From contig JBDSOU010000183.1 of assembly GCA_039914625.1 (NCBI GenBank), positions 1 through 46,368 on the forward strand: a stretch of DNA of 46,368 nucleotides, written 5' to 3'. This document shows, one piece after another, positions 1 through 8,936 of this stretch. A model generated the notes under the pieces. That model had not been told where the DNA came from. It searched no databases and saw only the letters and a list, made by a program, of their open reading frames with translations. The number at the start of each line of letters is the position of its first letter. Position 1 is the first letter of the stretch. Source of the DNA: Bacteroidia bacterium. Its GTDB lineage: Bacteria > Bacteroidota > Bacteroidia > AKYH767-A > OLB10. The translations under genes were made by a program, and so were the position numbers.

Positions 1-3000
1 GTAATAGTTCCTCATCATTGCAATGCTTTATCACTTGCTGCATTTGCGTTGGTTTTTGAGTAGCTGCACCTTTATTTTTTTCAGCAATCATTTTCTGAAC
101 TAATCTGGCTCTTTCTTTTGATATATAGTCACGATTGGCTTTATCTGTTTGTTCATCAAAATAACGAACGCCATCCACATAGGTTTGTAAGACTCTTGCA
201 TAAATTGATAGGGGGTTATCAGACCATACAACAAGATCGGCATCTTTTCCAATTGTAATGCTTCCTGTTGTATTATCTATATGCAGAAGCTTTGCAGGGT
301 TTAGTGTAACAAATTTCAATGCTTCTTCTTCTGATACTCCACCGTACTTCACTGCTTTAGCTGCTTCCTGGTTTAAGCGTCTTGCCATTTCAGGATCATC
401 AGAGTTGTAAGCAACAATAACTCCTACGTCATGCATAATTTTTCCATTATAAGGAATGGCTTCATATACTTCAAATTTATACGCCCACCAATCTGCAAAC
501 GATGATCCGCCTGCTCCGTGCTTTTTCATTTTATCAGCAACTTTATATCCTTCGAGTATATGTGTAAACGTATTTACACGAAAATGAAATGTATCAGCCA
601 CGTGCATCAGCATATTGATTTCGCTTTGCTCGTACGAATGGCAAGTAATGAATCTTTTTGCATTGAGTATTTCTGACAATGCGTCTAACTCTAAATCCTT
701 TCTTGGTTTGATAAATTTTGGATTTGATTTTATAGTGGCACTATAATTTTTCCATGAATTCTCATATTCCCGTGCACGTGTAAAAGCATCCATGTAAACC
801 TGTTCCACACCCATGCGTGTCTGTGGATAGCGTGTAACATTATTATCGCCCCAGTTGCTTTGCTTTACATTTTCTCCCAATGCAAATTTTATAAAACCAT
901 CCCATCCTGCAAATTTCATTTCTTCAGGACTATGTCCCCAACGGAGCTTTATTAATTGTGTTTGCCCTCCAACAGCATTGCAGGAACCATGCAGCAAATG
1001 TGAACAGACAACTCCTCCTGAAAGCTGTCTGTAAATGTCTATATCATCGCATTCTAACACATCACCTATCCGAACTTCAGATGTAACCGACTGGGTACAT
1101 TCATTCACATCACCGCTTATAGCAATATGCGAATGTTCATCTATAATTCCTGATGATACATGTTTGCCTGTACCGTCAATTGTTTGCACATCTTTTAGTG
1201 CAGATACATTTATACTCTTGCCTACACGGGAAATTTTTCCACTTTGAATCAGCACATCTGTATTTTGCAAAATACCATCTGCTTCATTTGTCCACACCGT
1301 TGCGTTTTTTATTAAAACTGTTTTAGCTATTGGCAATTCTTTAAAACCGTAAGCCATGTTCGGATATAGTACATCACCAACAGTTGGCTTTTCTGTTTTT
1401 GCCGTATCCTTTTTTATTTCAGGTTTATATGCAGAAACAAATTTTGTTTTCCATTTTATCCATGTGCCATCAGCCAATTGTCCGTTTCCGATTAATGTTT
1501 TTAAACTGTCATTATCAATTGATCCTGTTAATCTAACTATTCCTTTGGGAGAAAATTTCTTGAGTTCAAACTGCAGATTGTATTGATCAGTAGAATAAGA
1601 AAAATTCACACTTGTTTTTGCAGTATCTCCGTTAATGCTTAATTGAGGATTTGCAATTTCTCCGGTTATATTCAGTTGTAACGAATTTATATTATCCATC
1701 AGCAACTCATAGTTACCTCGAATATCTTCCGGTCCGTAATTCTTAACTATATAACGCTTGCCCTGCACCCAGTTTTCGTAAATCACATTTTCTTTATCGA
1801 AAATATTTTTGGAAGTGATAATGAAATTAGCAATCATTCCTTTATTCAAACTCCCGATCATGTTATCTACACCGAGCAATTCAGCCGGAGATTTTGTACA
1901 GGCTTTCAGAGCTTGTGTCTCGCTCAATCCATAGTGGATTGCCTTAATAATATTTTTAATGAAGTCTTTTTTCTCTTTAATATCAACAGCAGTAAATGCA
2001 AAAGGAATGTTTTCTTTTTCCAAAGCTGCGGCATTGGCAGGAGCCATTTCCCAATGCTTCATTTCTTTAAGCGAAATATTCAATGCATCATAGGGATCAC
2101 TCATGTCATACGGGTCAGGAAAATTTACAGGAATAACTATCGGATCATTTGTTGCTTTGATTTCATTGATACGCTGGTATTCATCCCCGCCTCCTTTAAT
2201 TATATATTTAGTTTGAAACTCATCACCAATTTTATCTGCTCTCAAAATGGAAAGCTTATCTTTTGTTTCAAACAACTGGGGAAGCTTTTGCAAATTGTTC
2301 CATGCATCCAATGAAATGTTATACTCCAATGCTGAACCTCCGTCTTTGTACCATTGCGCATCAAGATACGTTTGGCGCAACAATGCAATGCTTCCCATTA
2401 ATGAACTTGGATAATCCTGAGAGGAGGAACCTTTGTCGAAAGAATAACATGCAGCCGCTTTATCTTTAATCACCAAATCATTTTCTTTTCCGTTTCCCGC
2501 TGAAACCAAAGCTGCGGATCCTCTTGCTATGCCATCCCTGTTTTGCGAAAGCACTGCACCGAAGCCCATGTTCCGCAATTCTTCGGCTTTCTTTTCATCA
2601 GCATTAAAATATTTTACCCCATCAATTTCAGGACGTATTGCCTGGTTCCATCCGTAAGCGCCTTTCGTATTTGATAAGAATTGTGGCGTGCGTTTATCAA
2701 CAATTTTTTTGTCAATATTAATTCCATAGTCGCTGACAATATCAATAAAAGAGGGGTAAATTGTTTTGCCCTGCATATCATACACAACTGCATCTGAGGG
2801 AATCTTTAAATCCCTTCCTGCATCTGAAACTTTTCCGTCACGAATCAGCAGTATTGCTGAATCCAGAACAGTTTTGTAATCAATAAAAATTTTTGCATTT
2901 CGGAATGCATACGTTAAATGACGTTCGTCATTCACTCCGTTAACCGGAAATGTTTTTTGAGAGAAAGAATAAAAAGGAAACAGAAAACAAATCGTTAATA

Positions 3001-3022
3001 AGGGTGTTCGTAATTTTTTCAT
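1..3022 (-). CDS. Large secreted two-domain amidohydrolase-family protein (3' end runs off the window)
   Basis: Not in the ORF track because it has no stop in the window. Hand translation of both ends and internal segments: MKKLRTPLLTICFLFPFYSFSQKTFPVNGV (signal peptide), YAFRNAKI, KTIYPSFIDIVSDYG, GIIDEHSHIA, THILEGYKVA. Start and window-edge codons share one frame. Confidence 0.85.
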   Translation of the reverse strand, partial: MKKLRTPLLTICFLFPFYSFSQKTFPVNGVNDERHLTYAFRNAKIFIDYKTVLDSAILLIRDGKVSDAGRDLKIPSDAVVYDMQGKTIYPSFIDIVSDYGINIDKKIVDKRTPQFLSNTKGAYGWNQAIRPEIDGVKYFNADEKKAEELRNMGFGAVLSQNRDGIARGSAALVSAGNGKENDLVIKDKAAACYSFDKGSSSQDYPSSLMGSIALLRQTYLDAQWYKDGGSALEYNISLDAWNNLQKLPQLFETKDKLSILRADKIGDEFQTKYIIKGGGDEYQRINEIKATNDPIVIPVNFPDPYDMSDPYDALNISLKEMKHWEMAPANAAALEKENIPFAFTAVDIKEKKDFIKNIIKAIHYGLSETQALKACTKSPAELLGVDNMIGSLNKGMIANFIITSKNIFDKENVIYENWVQGKRYIVKNYGPEDIRGNYELLMDNINSLQLNITGEIANPQLSINGDTAKTSVNFSYSTDQYNLQFELKKFSPKGIVRLTGSIDNDSLKTLIGNGQLADGTWIKWKTKFVSAYKPEIKKDTAKTEKPTVGDVLYPNMAYGFKELPIAKTVLIKNATVWTNEADGILQNTDVLIQSGKISRVGKSINVSALKDVQTIDGTGKHVSSGIIDEHSHIAISGDVNECTQSVTSEVRIGDVLECDDIDIYRQLSGGVVCSHLLHGSCNAVGGQTQLIKLRWGHSPEEMKFAGWDGFIKFALGENVKQSNWGDNNVTRYPQTRMGVEQVYMDAFTRAREYENSWKNYSATIKSNPKFIKPRKDLELDALSEILNAKRFITCHSYEQSEINMLMHVADTFHFRVNTFTHILEGYKVADKMKKHGAGGSSFADWWAYKFEVYEAIPYNGKIMHDVGVIVAYNSDDPEMARRLNQEAAKAVKYGGVSEEEALKFVTLNPAKLLHIDNTTGSITIGKDADLVVWSDNPLSIYARVLQTYVDGVRYFDEQTDKANRDYISKERARLVQKMIAEKNKGAATQKPTQMQQVIKHCNDEELL

Positions 3023-3209
3023 ATTTAAGATAAGTGACCGCAACGAAAGTAATACTTTTATCGCCACAACTTTTCCGGCCAGCTACGAACATAATAATGT
3101 GACAAAAAATATAAAGCAGGGAGTAATCGTTTCTATCGTCTAAGGCGGAGATGACGCGGCTCATAGTTTTACCCGGAAACTACAAATTAATTAACTTATG
3201 AATTAATTA

Positions 3210-3701
3210 ATGTCTAAAACATTTTTATCTGTCGAGTATGTCAATATACTCAATCTTCCCAAGGATAAAAACGCTCTTGATTACATAAAGAGAATATTGT
3301 CTTTACAAAGCAGTTCCGAACAAAATGAAGTGATCGGGGAATTATTTGAAATGCACCGCACTTCAACCGGTTTCGATCCGCTGAGCCTGTCAAAAGGTCG
3401 TTTTAAAAGAATAAAGGCAATTGCATTCAGGCAAATTCTTGCCTATATTGATACTGAGATTCCGGCTATTGTCAACTCAGCAGAATATAAAGACTATCTT
3501 AAGAAGCAAAACCGGAGCATGATCATTTTTGAAAAGTTGAAAACGATAAAAACCAAGATGGAAAAAGTTGATTTTGTAAATATTGAAAAAGAAATCGCTG
3601 ACCTGAAGGAACAAATTATCGTTTGCGAAAACAGGGATTTGCTGATTGCATTTGCAAATCTTTTTAACCCGTTAAGCAAGGAGAAGAAAAAGTACAGTTG
3701 A
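3210..3701 (+). CDS. Hypothetical helical protein (163 aa)
   Basis: ATG-start ORF with plausible composition and a coiled-coil-like C-half; no family recognised. Confidence 0.65.
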   Translation: MSKTFLSVEYVNILNLPKDKNALDYIKRILSLQSSSEQNEVIGELFEMHRTSTGFDPLSLSKGRFKRIKAIAFRQILAYIDTEIPAIVNSAEYKDYLKKQNRSMIIFEKLKTIKTKMEKVDFVNIEKEIADLKEQIIVCENRDLLIAFANLFNPLSKEKKKYS

Positions 3702-3706
3702 TTACT

Positions 3707-3802
3707 TTAAGGGCAGTTCTAAAAATTCTCTTTTTTAATTAACCTCACCCTTAGTCCCTCTCCAAAAGAGAGGGAAATGTGAATTTTTAGAACTGCCCTT
3801 AA
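3707..3802. mobile_element. MITE-like element: 18-bp perfect terminal inverted repeats flanked by TTAA direct repeats
   Basis: ttaa-GGGCAGTTCTAAAAATTC (3707-3728) and GAATTTTTAGAACTGCCC-ttaa (3781-3802); internal hairpin TCCCTCTC-caaaa-GAGAGGGA (3755-3775). Confidence 0.65.
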
Positions 3803-3873
3803 GTTAAACTTTCGTATAATTGGTGAAATCAACTTCTGCTTCCTACTTTTGTTTTCTCTAAAAACATAACTTT

Positions 3874-4494
3874 ATGTATACCGGAATGCTTCACACCCAT
3901 ACGTTAGCAGTAATGCTGTTTTTAATTCTTTATCTCGTGAAAACATTTTTGCTGGTGACAGACAAAAAAGACTCACTGCAAAAGTTTTCAGCGAAAATGA
4001 AAGTTCCTGAAATGATCATTGCTACTTTATTTCTTGTCACAGGAATTTTTCTTGCTGTAAAATCAGGAGATCTTGGTCCGTGGTTTTATGCAAAGATGGC
4101 AGCAGTGCTCAGTTCTATTCCTCTTGCAATAATTGCTTTCAAACGAATGAATAAAGCGCTTGCATTAATTGCAATGATATTTTTGGTGTATGCGTACGGA
4201 ATTTCAGAAACAAAAAGCCCGACTTTCAAACAGGAAAGTTCAACAAATGAATTTGCAAGTGTTGCTCCCGATGCTTTGGGTAAAACTATCTTTGAATCAA
4301 AATGTACCGGTTGCCATGGTACAGATGGTAAAACGGGATTAAGCGGAGCAAAAGATTTAACGCAATCATTAAAATCATCTGAACAGAAAGTTGAAATTAT
4401 TTCCAATGGCAAAAATGCAATGATGGCATATAAAAATCAACTGAGCGAAGACCAGATAAAAGCTGTTGCCGGATATGTTGAAACGTTAAAATAA
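3874..4494 (+). CDS. Membrane protein (SirB-like, 4 TM) fused to a C-terminal class I cytochrome c
   Basis: Four hydrophobic segments, then CTGCH heme-binding motif and a distal Met (AMMAY). Confidence 0.85.
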   Translation: MYTGMLHTHTLAVMLFLILYLVKTFLLVTDKKDSLQKFSAKMKVPEMIIATLFLVTGIFLAVKSGDLGPWFYAKMAAVLSSIPLAIIAFKRMNKALALIAMIFLVYAYGISETKSPTFKQESSTNEFASVAPDALGKTIFESKCTGCHGTDGKTGLSGAKDLTQSLKSSEQKVEIISNGKNAMMAYKNQLSEDQIKAVAGYVETLK

Positions 4495-4525
4495 TAAATT
4501 TTCTTTTTTCTAAATCATACACTTT

Positions 4526-5719
4526 TTGAAACAACAACTTCATTCCCATTTACAAAAAACAGAAACTGCAGTTCTGATAGGGTTGATCACTAAAGATCAG
4601 CCTGAAGAACAGGCAAGAGAATACCTGGATGAGTTGGAGTTTTTAGCGCTTACAGCAGGAGCAGAAACAAAAAAACAATTCACTCAAAAAGTGGATCATC
4701 CTGATCCGCGCACCTTTGTCGGGAAAGGAAAGCTGAATGAAATTGCTGCTTATGTAAAGGAACATAAAATTGATCTTGCCATTTTTGATGATGATCTTTC
4801 CCCTTCTCAAATCAGAAATATTGAAAAGGTAACAGGGATAAAAATATTAGACCGTACCAATCTGATCCTTGACATTTTTGCAAAAAGAGCAAGAACTGCA
4901 ACTGCCAAAACACAGGTTGAATTGGCCCAATACAAATATTTAATGCCGCGCCTCACGGGGATGTGGACACACCTGGAAAAGCAAGCCGGAGGTATTGGCG
5001 CACGCGGACCGGGTGAAACAGAAATTGAAACTGACAGGCGTGTTATTCGTGACAAACTTGCTTTGCTGAAAGAAAAATTAAAAACAATTGACAAGCAAAA
5101 TCAGCAGCAGCGCAAGACAAGAGGAAATGTTGTACGAGTTGCATTGGTAGGATATACAAATGTTGGAAAAAGCACCATCATGAATTTGCTGAGCAAGTCA
5201 GATGTGTTTGCCGAAAATAAATTATTTGCAACTTTAGATACTACAGTCAGGAAAGTGGTGCTGGACAACATTCCTTTTCTTTTAACTGATACCGTTGGAT
5301 TTATCCGTAAGCTCCCGCATGATCTTGTTGAATCATTTAAATCAACATTGGACGAAGTGCGCGAAGCAGATATTTTAATTCACGTAGTGGATATTTCCCA
5401 TTCTAATTTTGATGAACAGATCAATGTTGTAAATCAGACATTGATGGAATTAAATTCTTCGGAGAAATCCTCTATTTTAGTTTTCAATAAAATTGATGCC
5501 TACCGTTTTGTTCAGAAAGATCATGATGATTTAACTCCTTCCACAAAAGAAAATCTCTCTCTTGAAGAATTAAAAAACTCCTGGATCGCAAAAGAAAATA
5601 AGCCGGGTGTTTTTATTTCAGCAGCTAAGAATGAAAACATTTCAGAACTGAAAACAAGGTTGATGGAATTGGTGAAGAAGGAGCATTTGAAAAGGTATCC
5701 GAACTATGTTTCCTATTAA
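4526..5719 (+). CDS. hflX: GTPase HflX
   Basis: GYTNVGKS P-loop, FATLDTT, DTVGF, NKID, GPGETEIETDRR. Confidence 0.97.
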   Translation: MKQQLHSHLQKTETAVLIGLITKDQPEEQAREYLDELEFLALTAGAETKKQFTQKVDHPDPRTFVGKGKLNEIAAYVKEHKIDLAIFDDDLSPSQIRNIEKVTGIKILDRTNLILDIFAKRARTATAKTQVELAQYKYLMPRLTGMWTHLEKQAGGIGARGPGETEIETDRRVIRDKLALLKEKLKTIDKQNQQQRKTRGNVVRVALVGYTNVGKSTIMNLLSKSDVFAENKLFATLDTTVRKVVLDNIPFLLTDTVGFIRKLPHDLVESFKSTLDEVREADILIHVVDISHSNFDEQINVVNQTLMELNSSEKSSILVFNKIDAYRFVQKDHDDLTPSTKENLSLEELKNSWIAKENKPGVFISAAKNENISELKTRLMELVKKEHLKRYPNYVSY

Positions 5720-5726
5720 CATCACC

Positions 5727-5778
5727 CTTTCCTCTTTTTTCTTTTTGTTAATTTTTTTACAAAGAGAAAAGAGGAAAG
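5727..5778. terminator. Imperfect inverted repeat between convergent genes; probable bidirectional terminator
   Basis: ctttcctcttttttctttttgt ... acaaagagaaaagaggaaag. Confidence 0.45.
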
Positions 5779-5789
5779 AGAAAAACAAA

Positions 5790-6164
5790 TTATTTCAGGA
5801 TTGCTTTTGCAACCTTCGGATCAACAATAACCTGATCATGTTCAAAATCTAATTTAATGCGCCATTTCTGCAAAGTAGCAGCGCCAATAATGGCATCTTC
5901 TGAAAGAGCAGGCACAACCATAAACTCATCGGAAAGACGAATATCGTTGACATAAAAGTCGCAGCGAATGGCATGAGTTATTACCATAAAATGACCTTCG
6001 CTTGCAGTGGAAATTTGCAAAGGTTTATGAAGCAACTCAGGATTACCTAATTCTGCTGCATGTTTCGGATGAATGCAGGAAAATGTTGCTCCGCTGTCAT
6101 ACAATGCATAAAGCGTTTTTTCACCTTTGCTTCCTTCGAATGGGATCGGATATTTAAGAATCAT
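5790..6164 (-). CDS. Retropepsin-like (clan AA) aspartyl protease
   Basis: ALYDSGATFS catalytic motif and DAIIGAATL flap-type motif. ATG at 6164 preferred over the TTG at 6179, which overlaps the promoter motif. Confidence 0.8.
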   Translation of the reverse strand: MILKYPIPFEGSKGEKTLYALYDSGATFSCIHPKHAAELGNPELLHKPLQISTASEGHFMVITHAIRCDFYVNDIRLSDEFMVVPALSEDAIIGAATLQKWRIKLDFEHDQVIVDPKVAKAILK

Positions 6165-6326
6165 AATACAAAGATACAAAAGTCATCATGAAAGAATACG
6201 TTTTGAGGAAAGGGCAGGAAGTTATTTTTTGATGCAGTAATATTTTTGCTCTGAAGTTATTTCAGACGCAGCAATGATATGAAAGATTTTATAATTTCGT
6301 TTGAAAAATTTCGCTCTCCTTAGATA

Positions 6327-6548
6327 GAATATATTTTTCCTGCAACGCTCACTTTGTTTGGGAATAATTCTTCTGACAGCAAAATACTTGTACTGAAAGC
6401 AGTGGAAAAGTATTATCCGCATTTGCTGTAGAAGTATCAAAAATTCTTTTCATCTTCAAACTAGATGCCGCATTATTACCAAAATGCATTTTATAAAAAG
6501 ACAAAAGAATTATGTGAAGAGTATGAATTGAATGACAGGATAAAATAG
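6327..6548 (+). pseudogene. C-terminal remnant of a probable radical SAM (SplB/photolyase-like) gene with two in-frame TAG stops
   Basis: Translation EYIFPATLTLFGNNSSDSKILVLKAVEKYYPHLL*KYQKFFSSSN*MPHYYQNAFYKKTKELCEEYELNDRIK*. Family call is from recalled resemblance only. Confidence 0.5.
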
Positions 6549-6607
6549 AAAGATGTTCAATTATTTTTAAACAAAAATTTCCCGGATCAAAGAAAAATTA
6601 TTTTATT

Positions 6608-6910
6608 TTATATTTTTTTCAATTTTTCAGGCTCTTGCCTTGAATCGAAAATTGTATCAATGATTATTTGGTTTTCAATAATTCGGTAAATGATTTTATA
6701 ATTTCCTGAAATAAGTTTTCGATAAGATAATTTTAAATACTTCAATGCATCTTCTTCATTACCAATACGGGGATTTTTGCTCAACTTCTTAATGTCGGAA
6801 AGAATTTTCTTTTTTATTGATTTAGCTGAACTAACCGATGCTGTTCGCTTGTAAAAAAGATAAATTTCTTTGAGCTTTTCTTTAGCAAGTTGAGTGAAAA
6901 ATATTTTCAA
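6608..6910 (-). CDS. Type II toxin, RelE/ParE family
   Basis: KIFFTQLAKEKLKEIY...NPRIG...YRKLISGNYKIIYRI...IFDSRQEP. Start is TTG at 6910 or 6931. Confidence 0.85.
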   Translation of the reverse strand: MKIFFTQLAKEKLKEIYLFYKRTASVSSAKSIKKKILSDIKKLSKNPRIGNEEDALKYLKLSYRKLISGNYKIIYRIIENQIIIDTIFDSRQEPEKLKKI

Positions 6911-6924
6911 AAGAAAATTATTTA

Positions 6925-7158
6925 TTACCAAGTAACTGATTCTTTCTCCACATCTTTAATACTTGTCAGCTTACCTCTTTTTCTTTCATTTTCTGATTTC
7001 TGTAAATCACTCAGCAATTCATCAAAATTCATTTTATTCATTGGTATGGATGTATTTCCAACTTTTTTTCTAAATTTATCAAGACTATTAATTAACGTTT
7101 CATCCTTTAAACCAACTAACCATTCGATAAATGAAAGTTTTTTAGATTGTATATCCAT
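6925..7158 (-). CDS. Putative antitoxin (addiction-module component)
   Basis: 77 aa, directly upstream of the RelE/ParE gene; MDIQSKKLSFIEW...SENERKRGKL..W pattern. Confidence 0.75.
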   Translation of the reverse strand: MDIQSKKLSFIEWLVGLKDETLINSLDKFRKKVGNTSIPMNKMNFDELLSDLQKSENERKRGKLTSIKDVEKESVTW

Positions 7159-7177
7159 TTTAGTATTTAATTTTAAG

Positions 7178-7705
7178 TTAATTTAACTTCCCCGGAGGTT
7201 GCATTACCGTTCCGCATTTTTTGCAGGTATGTAATTCAGGAGTGGAATAAAATTTATTAAGTAGAGCAGGTAATTGAACTACGATATCTTTAAGGGCAAA
7301 AACTTCTTCATGCATTTTGTTATTACAGTTTTCACAAAACCAAACGCACGAATCTCTTTCTGCTTCTTTGCGCACACGCTCGATAACTAAACCAATCGTA
7401 TTTGCAGGTCGCTGCGGGCAATGATAAATATGAGGAGGCAATAAGAACATTTCGCCTTCCTTCACGTGCATATCAACAGGTTTTCCGTCCTGCTGAATTT
7501 TAACAGTGATGTCGCCTTCGAGCTGGTAAAATAATTCTTCACCGTCTTCAAAATGATAATCCTTACGGGCATTGGGGCCTCCAACTACCATTACAATATA
7601 ATCTTCGCTGAGCTTGAATACCTGCTGGTTTCCTACGGGAGGTTTGAGCAAATGACGATTTTCGTCAATCCATTTTTTTAGGTTAAAAGGTTGTGCTACG
7701 GACAT
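7178..7705 (-). CDS. nbaC: 3-hydroxyanthranilate 3,4-dioxygenase
   Basis: LKPPVGN, VGGPNARKDYH, EELFYQLEG, HCPQR, and two CxxC pairs (CENC, CKKC). Confidence 0.95.
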   Translation of the reverse strand: MSVAQPFNLKKWIDENRHLLKPPVGNQQVFKLSEDYIVMVVGGPNARKDYHFEDGEELFYQLEGDITVKIQQDGKPVDMHVKEGEMFLLPPHIYHCPQRPANTIGLVIERVRKEAERDSCVWFCENCNNKMHEEVFALKDIVVQLPALLNKFYSTPELHTCKKCGTVMQPPGKLN

Positions 7706-7779
7706 GAGAAGTTTAGAGTTTAAAGTTTAAAGTTGGGGTTCATTCATAAATTCGTAAAGAGTCGCAGTTCGCAGATAAA

Positions 7780-8064
7780 TTATTTTTTGAACATTTCATC
7801 TACTTTCTTTTTAATATCACCTGCAAAATCCTCCGCTTTCTTGCCAAAGTTTTTTGCCGCATCCCCAAGATCATCTTTTAATTCTTCCATTTTCATTTTC
7901 ATGCCATCACTCAGTGTTCCTCCATTGACGAGATTGTCAATCTGCTTGTGAAATACGTAAGGCATTTTTGATTTTAAAGATTCTGCAACCGTTGTGATTG
8001 CAATTTTTGCCTGTTCCGGGTTGATGCCTGCTTTGGATGCAACATCTTTTATTAATTCGTCCAT
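7780..8064 (-). CDS. Small hypothetical protein
   Basis: MDELIKDVASKAGINPEQAK N-terminus with an amphipathic acidic/basic tail. Confidence 0.75.
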   Translation of the reverse strand: MDELIKDVASKAGINPEQAKIAITTVAESLKSKMPYVFHKQIDNLVNGGTLSDGMKMKMEELKDDLGDAAKNFGKKAEDFAGDIKKKVDEMFKK

Positions 8065-8147
8065 GGGAGATGAGTTTGAAGTTTGAAGTTTAAGTTAGCT
8101 TTGCTTTTTATTTTAATCGAGTAAAATTAACTATAATTTTCAAAATT

Positions 8148-8936
8148 ATGAATTTAAGTTTAGAAGGTAAACGGGCAATTGTTTGCGGAAGCACACAGGG
8201 AATTGGAAAAGCTGTTGCAATGGAGCTTGCACGGATGGAATGTAACATTACTCTTGTTGCAAGAAATGAAACCACACTTCAGCAAACAATAAAAGAGCTT
8301 TCAAACAATGGTAAACAAGTGCACGACTTCATTGCAGTTGATTTTAATTTTCCTGATCAGGTAAAAGCAAAAGCTGAAAAACACATAAAAGAAAAAGGAG
8401 CGATTCATATTCTTGTTAACAATACGGGCGGACCAAAAGGCGGACCAATTATTACCGCAGAAACAGATGAATTCATCAAAACATTTAACGCACATCTTAT
8501 CTGCAACCACCTTCTTGTTCAGGCATGCCTTGACGGAATGAAGAAAGAAAAGTATGGCCGCATCATAAATATTATTTCAACTTCTGTAAAAATTCCTTTA
8601 AAAAATCTTGGTGTTTCCAATACCATTCGTGCTGCTGTTGCCAACTGGTCAAAAACTTTAGCCAATGAAGTTGCACAATTCGGAATTACTGTAAATAATG
8701 TTTTGCCGGGAGCAACAAACACCGAACGGTTAAAACAAATCATCAATGACCGGTCAGCTAAAACAGGAAAACCGACTGATGAAATTGCAAAAGAAATGAT
8801 GAGTGAAATTCCTGCCGGGCGGTTTGGTGAAGCGGATGAAATTGCAAATGCTGTTGCTTTTCTTGCCTCGCCTGCTGCTGCTTATGTGACTGGAATTAAT
8901 CTTCCTGTTGACGGGGGAAGGACGGGTTGCTTATAA
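8148..8936 (+). CDS. SDR-family oxidoreductase (atypical active site)
   Basis: CGSTQGIG, VNNTGGP, SNTIRAA in place of YxxxK, VDGG. Confidence 0.92.
   Translation: MNLSLEGKRAIVCGSTQGIGKAVAMELARMECNITLVARNETTLQQTIKELSNNGKQVHDFIAVDFNFPDQVKAKAEKHIKEKGAIHILVNNTGGPKGGPIITAETDEFIKTFNAHLICNHLLVQACLDGMKKEKYGRIINIISTSVKIPLKNLGVSNTIRAAVANWSKTLANEVAQFGITVNNVLPGATNTERLKQIINDRSAKTGKPTDEIAKEMMSEIPAGRFGEADEIANAVAFLASPAAAYVTGINLPVDGGRTGCL

Noticed and set aside
1035-2469. Plus-strand ORFs of 68-133 aa
   Set aside because: Antisense shadows of the amidohydrolase gene.
3117-3165. Known riboswitch (fluoride, SAM-II, c-di-GMP)
   Set aside because: The conserved motifs do not match; only a weak stem is present.
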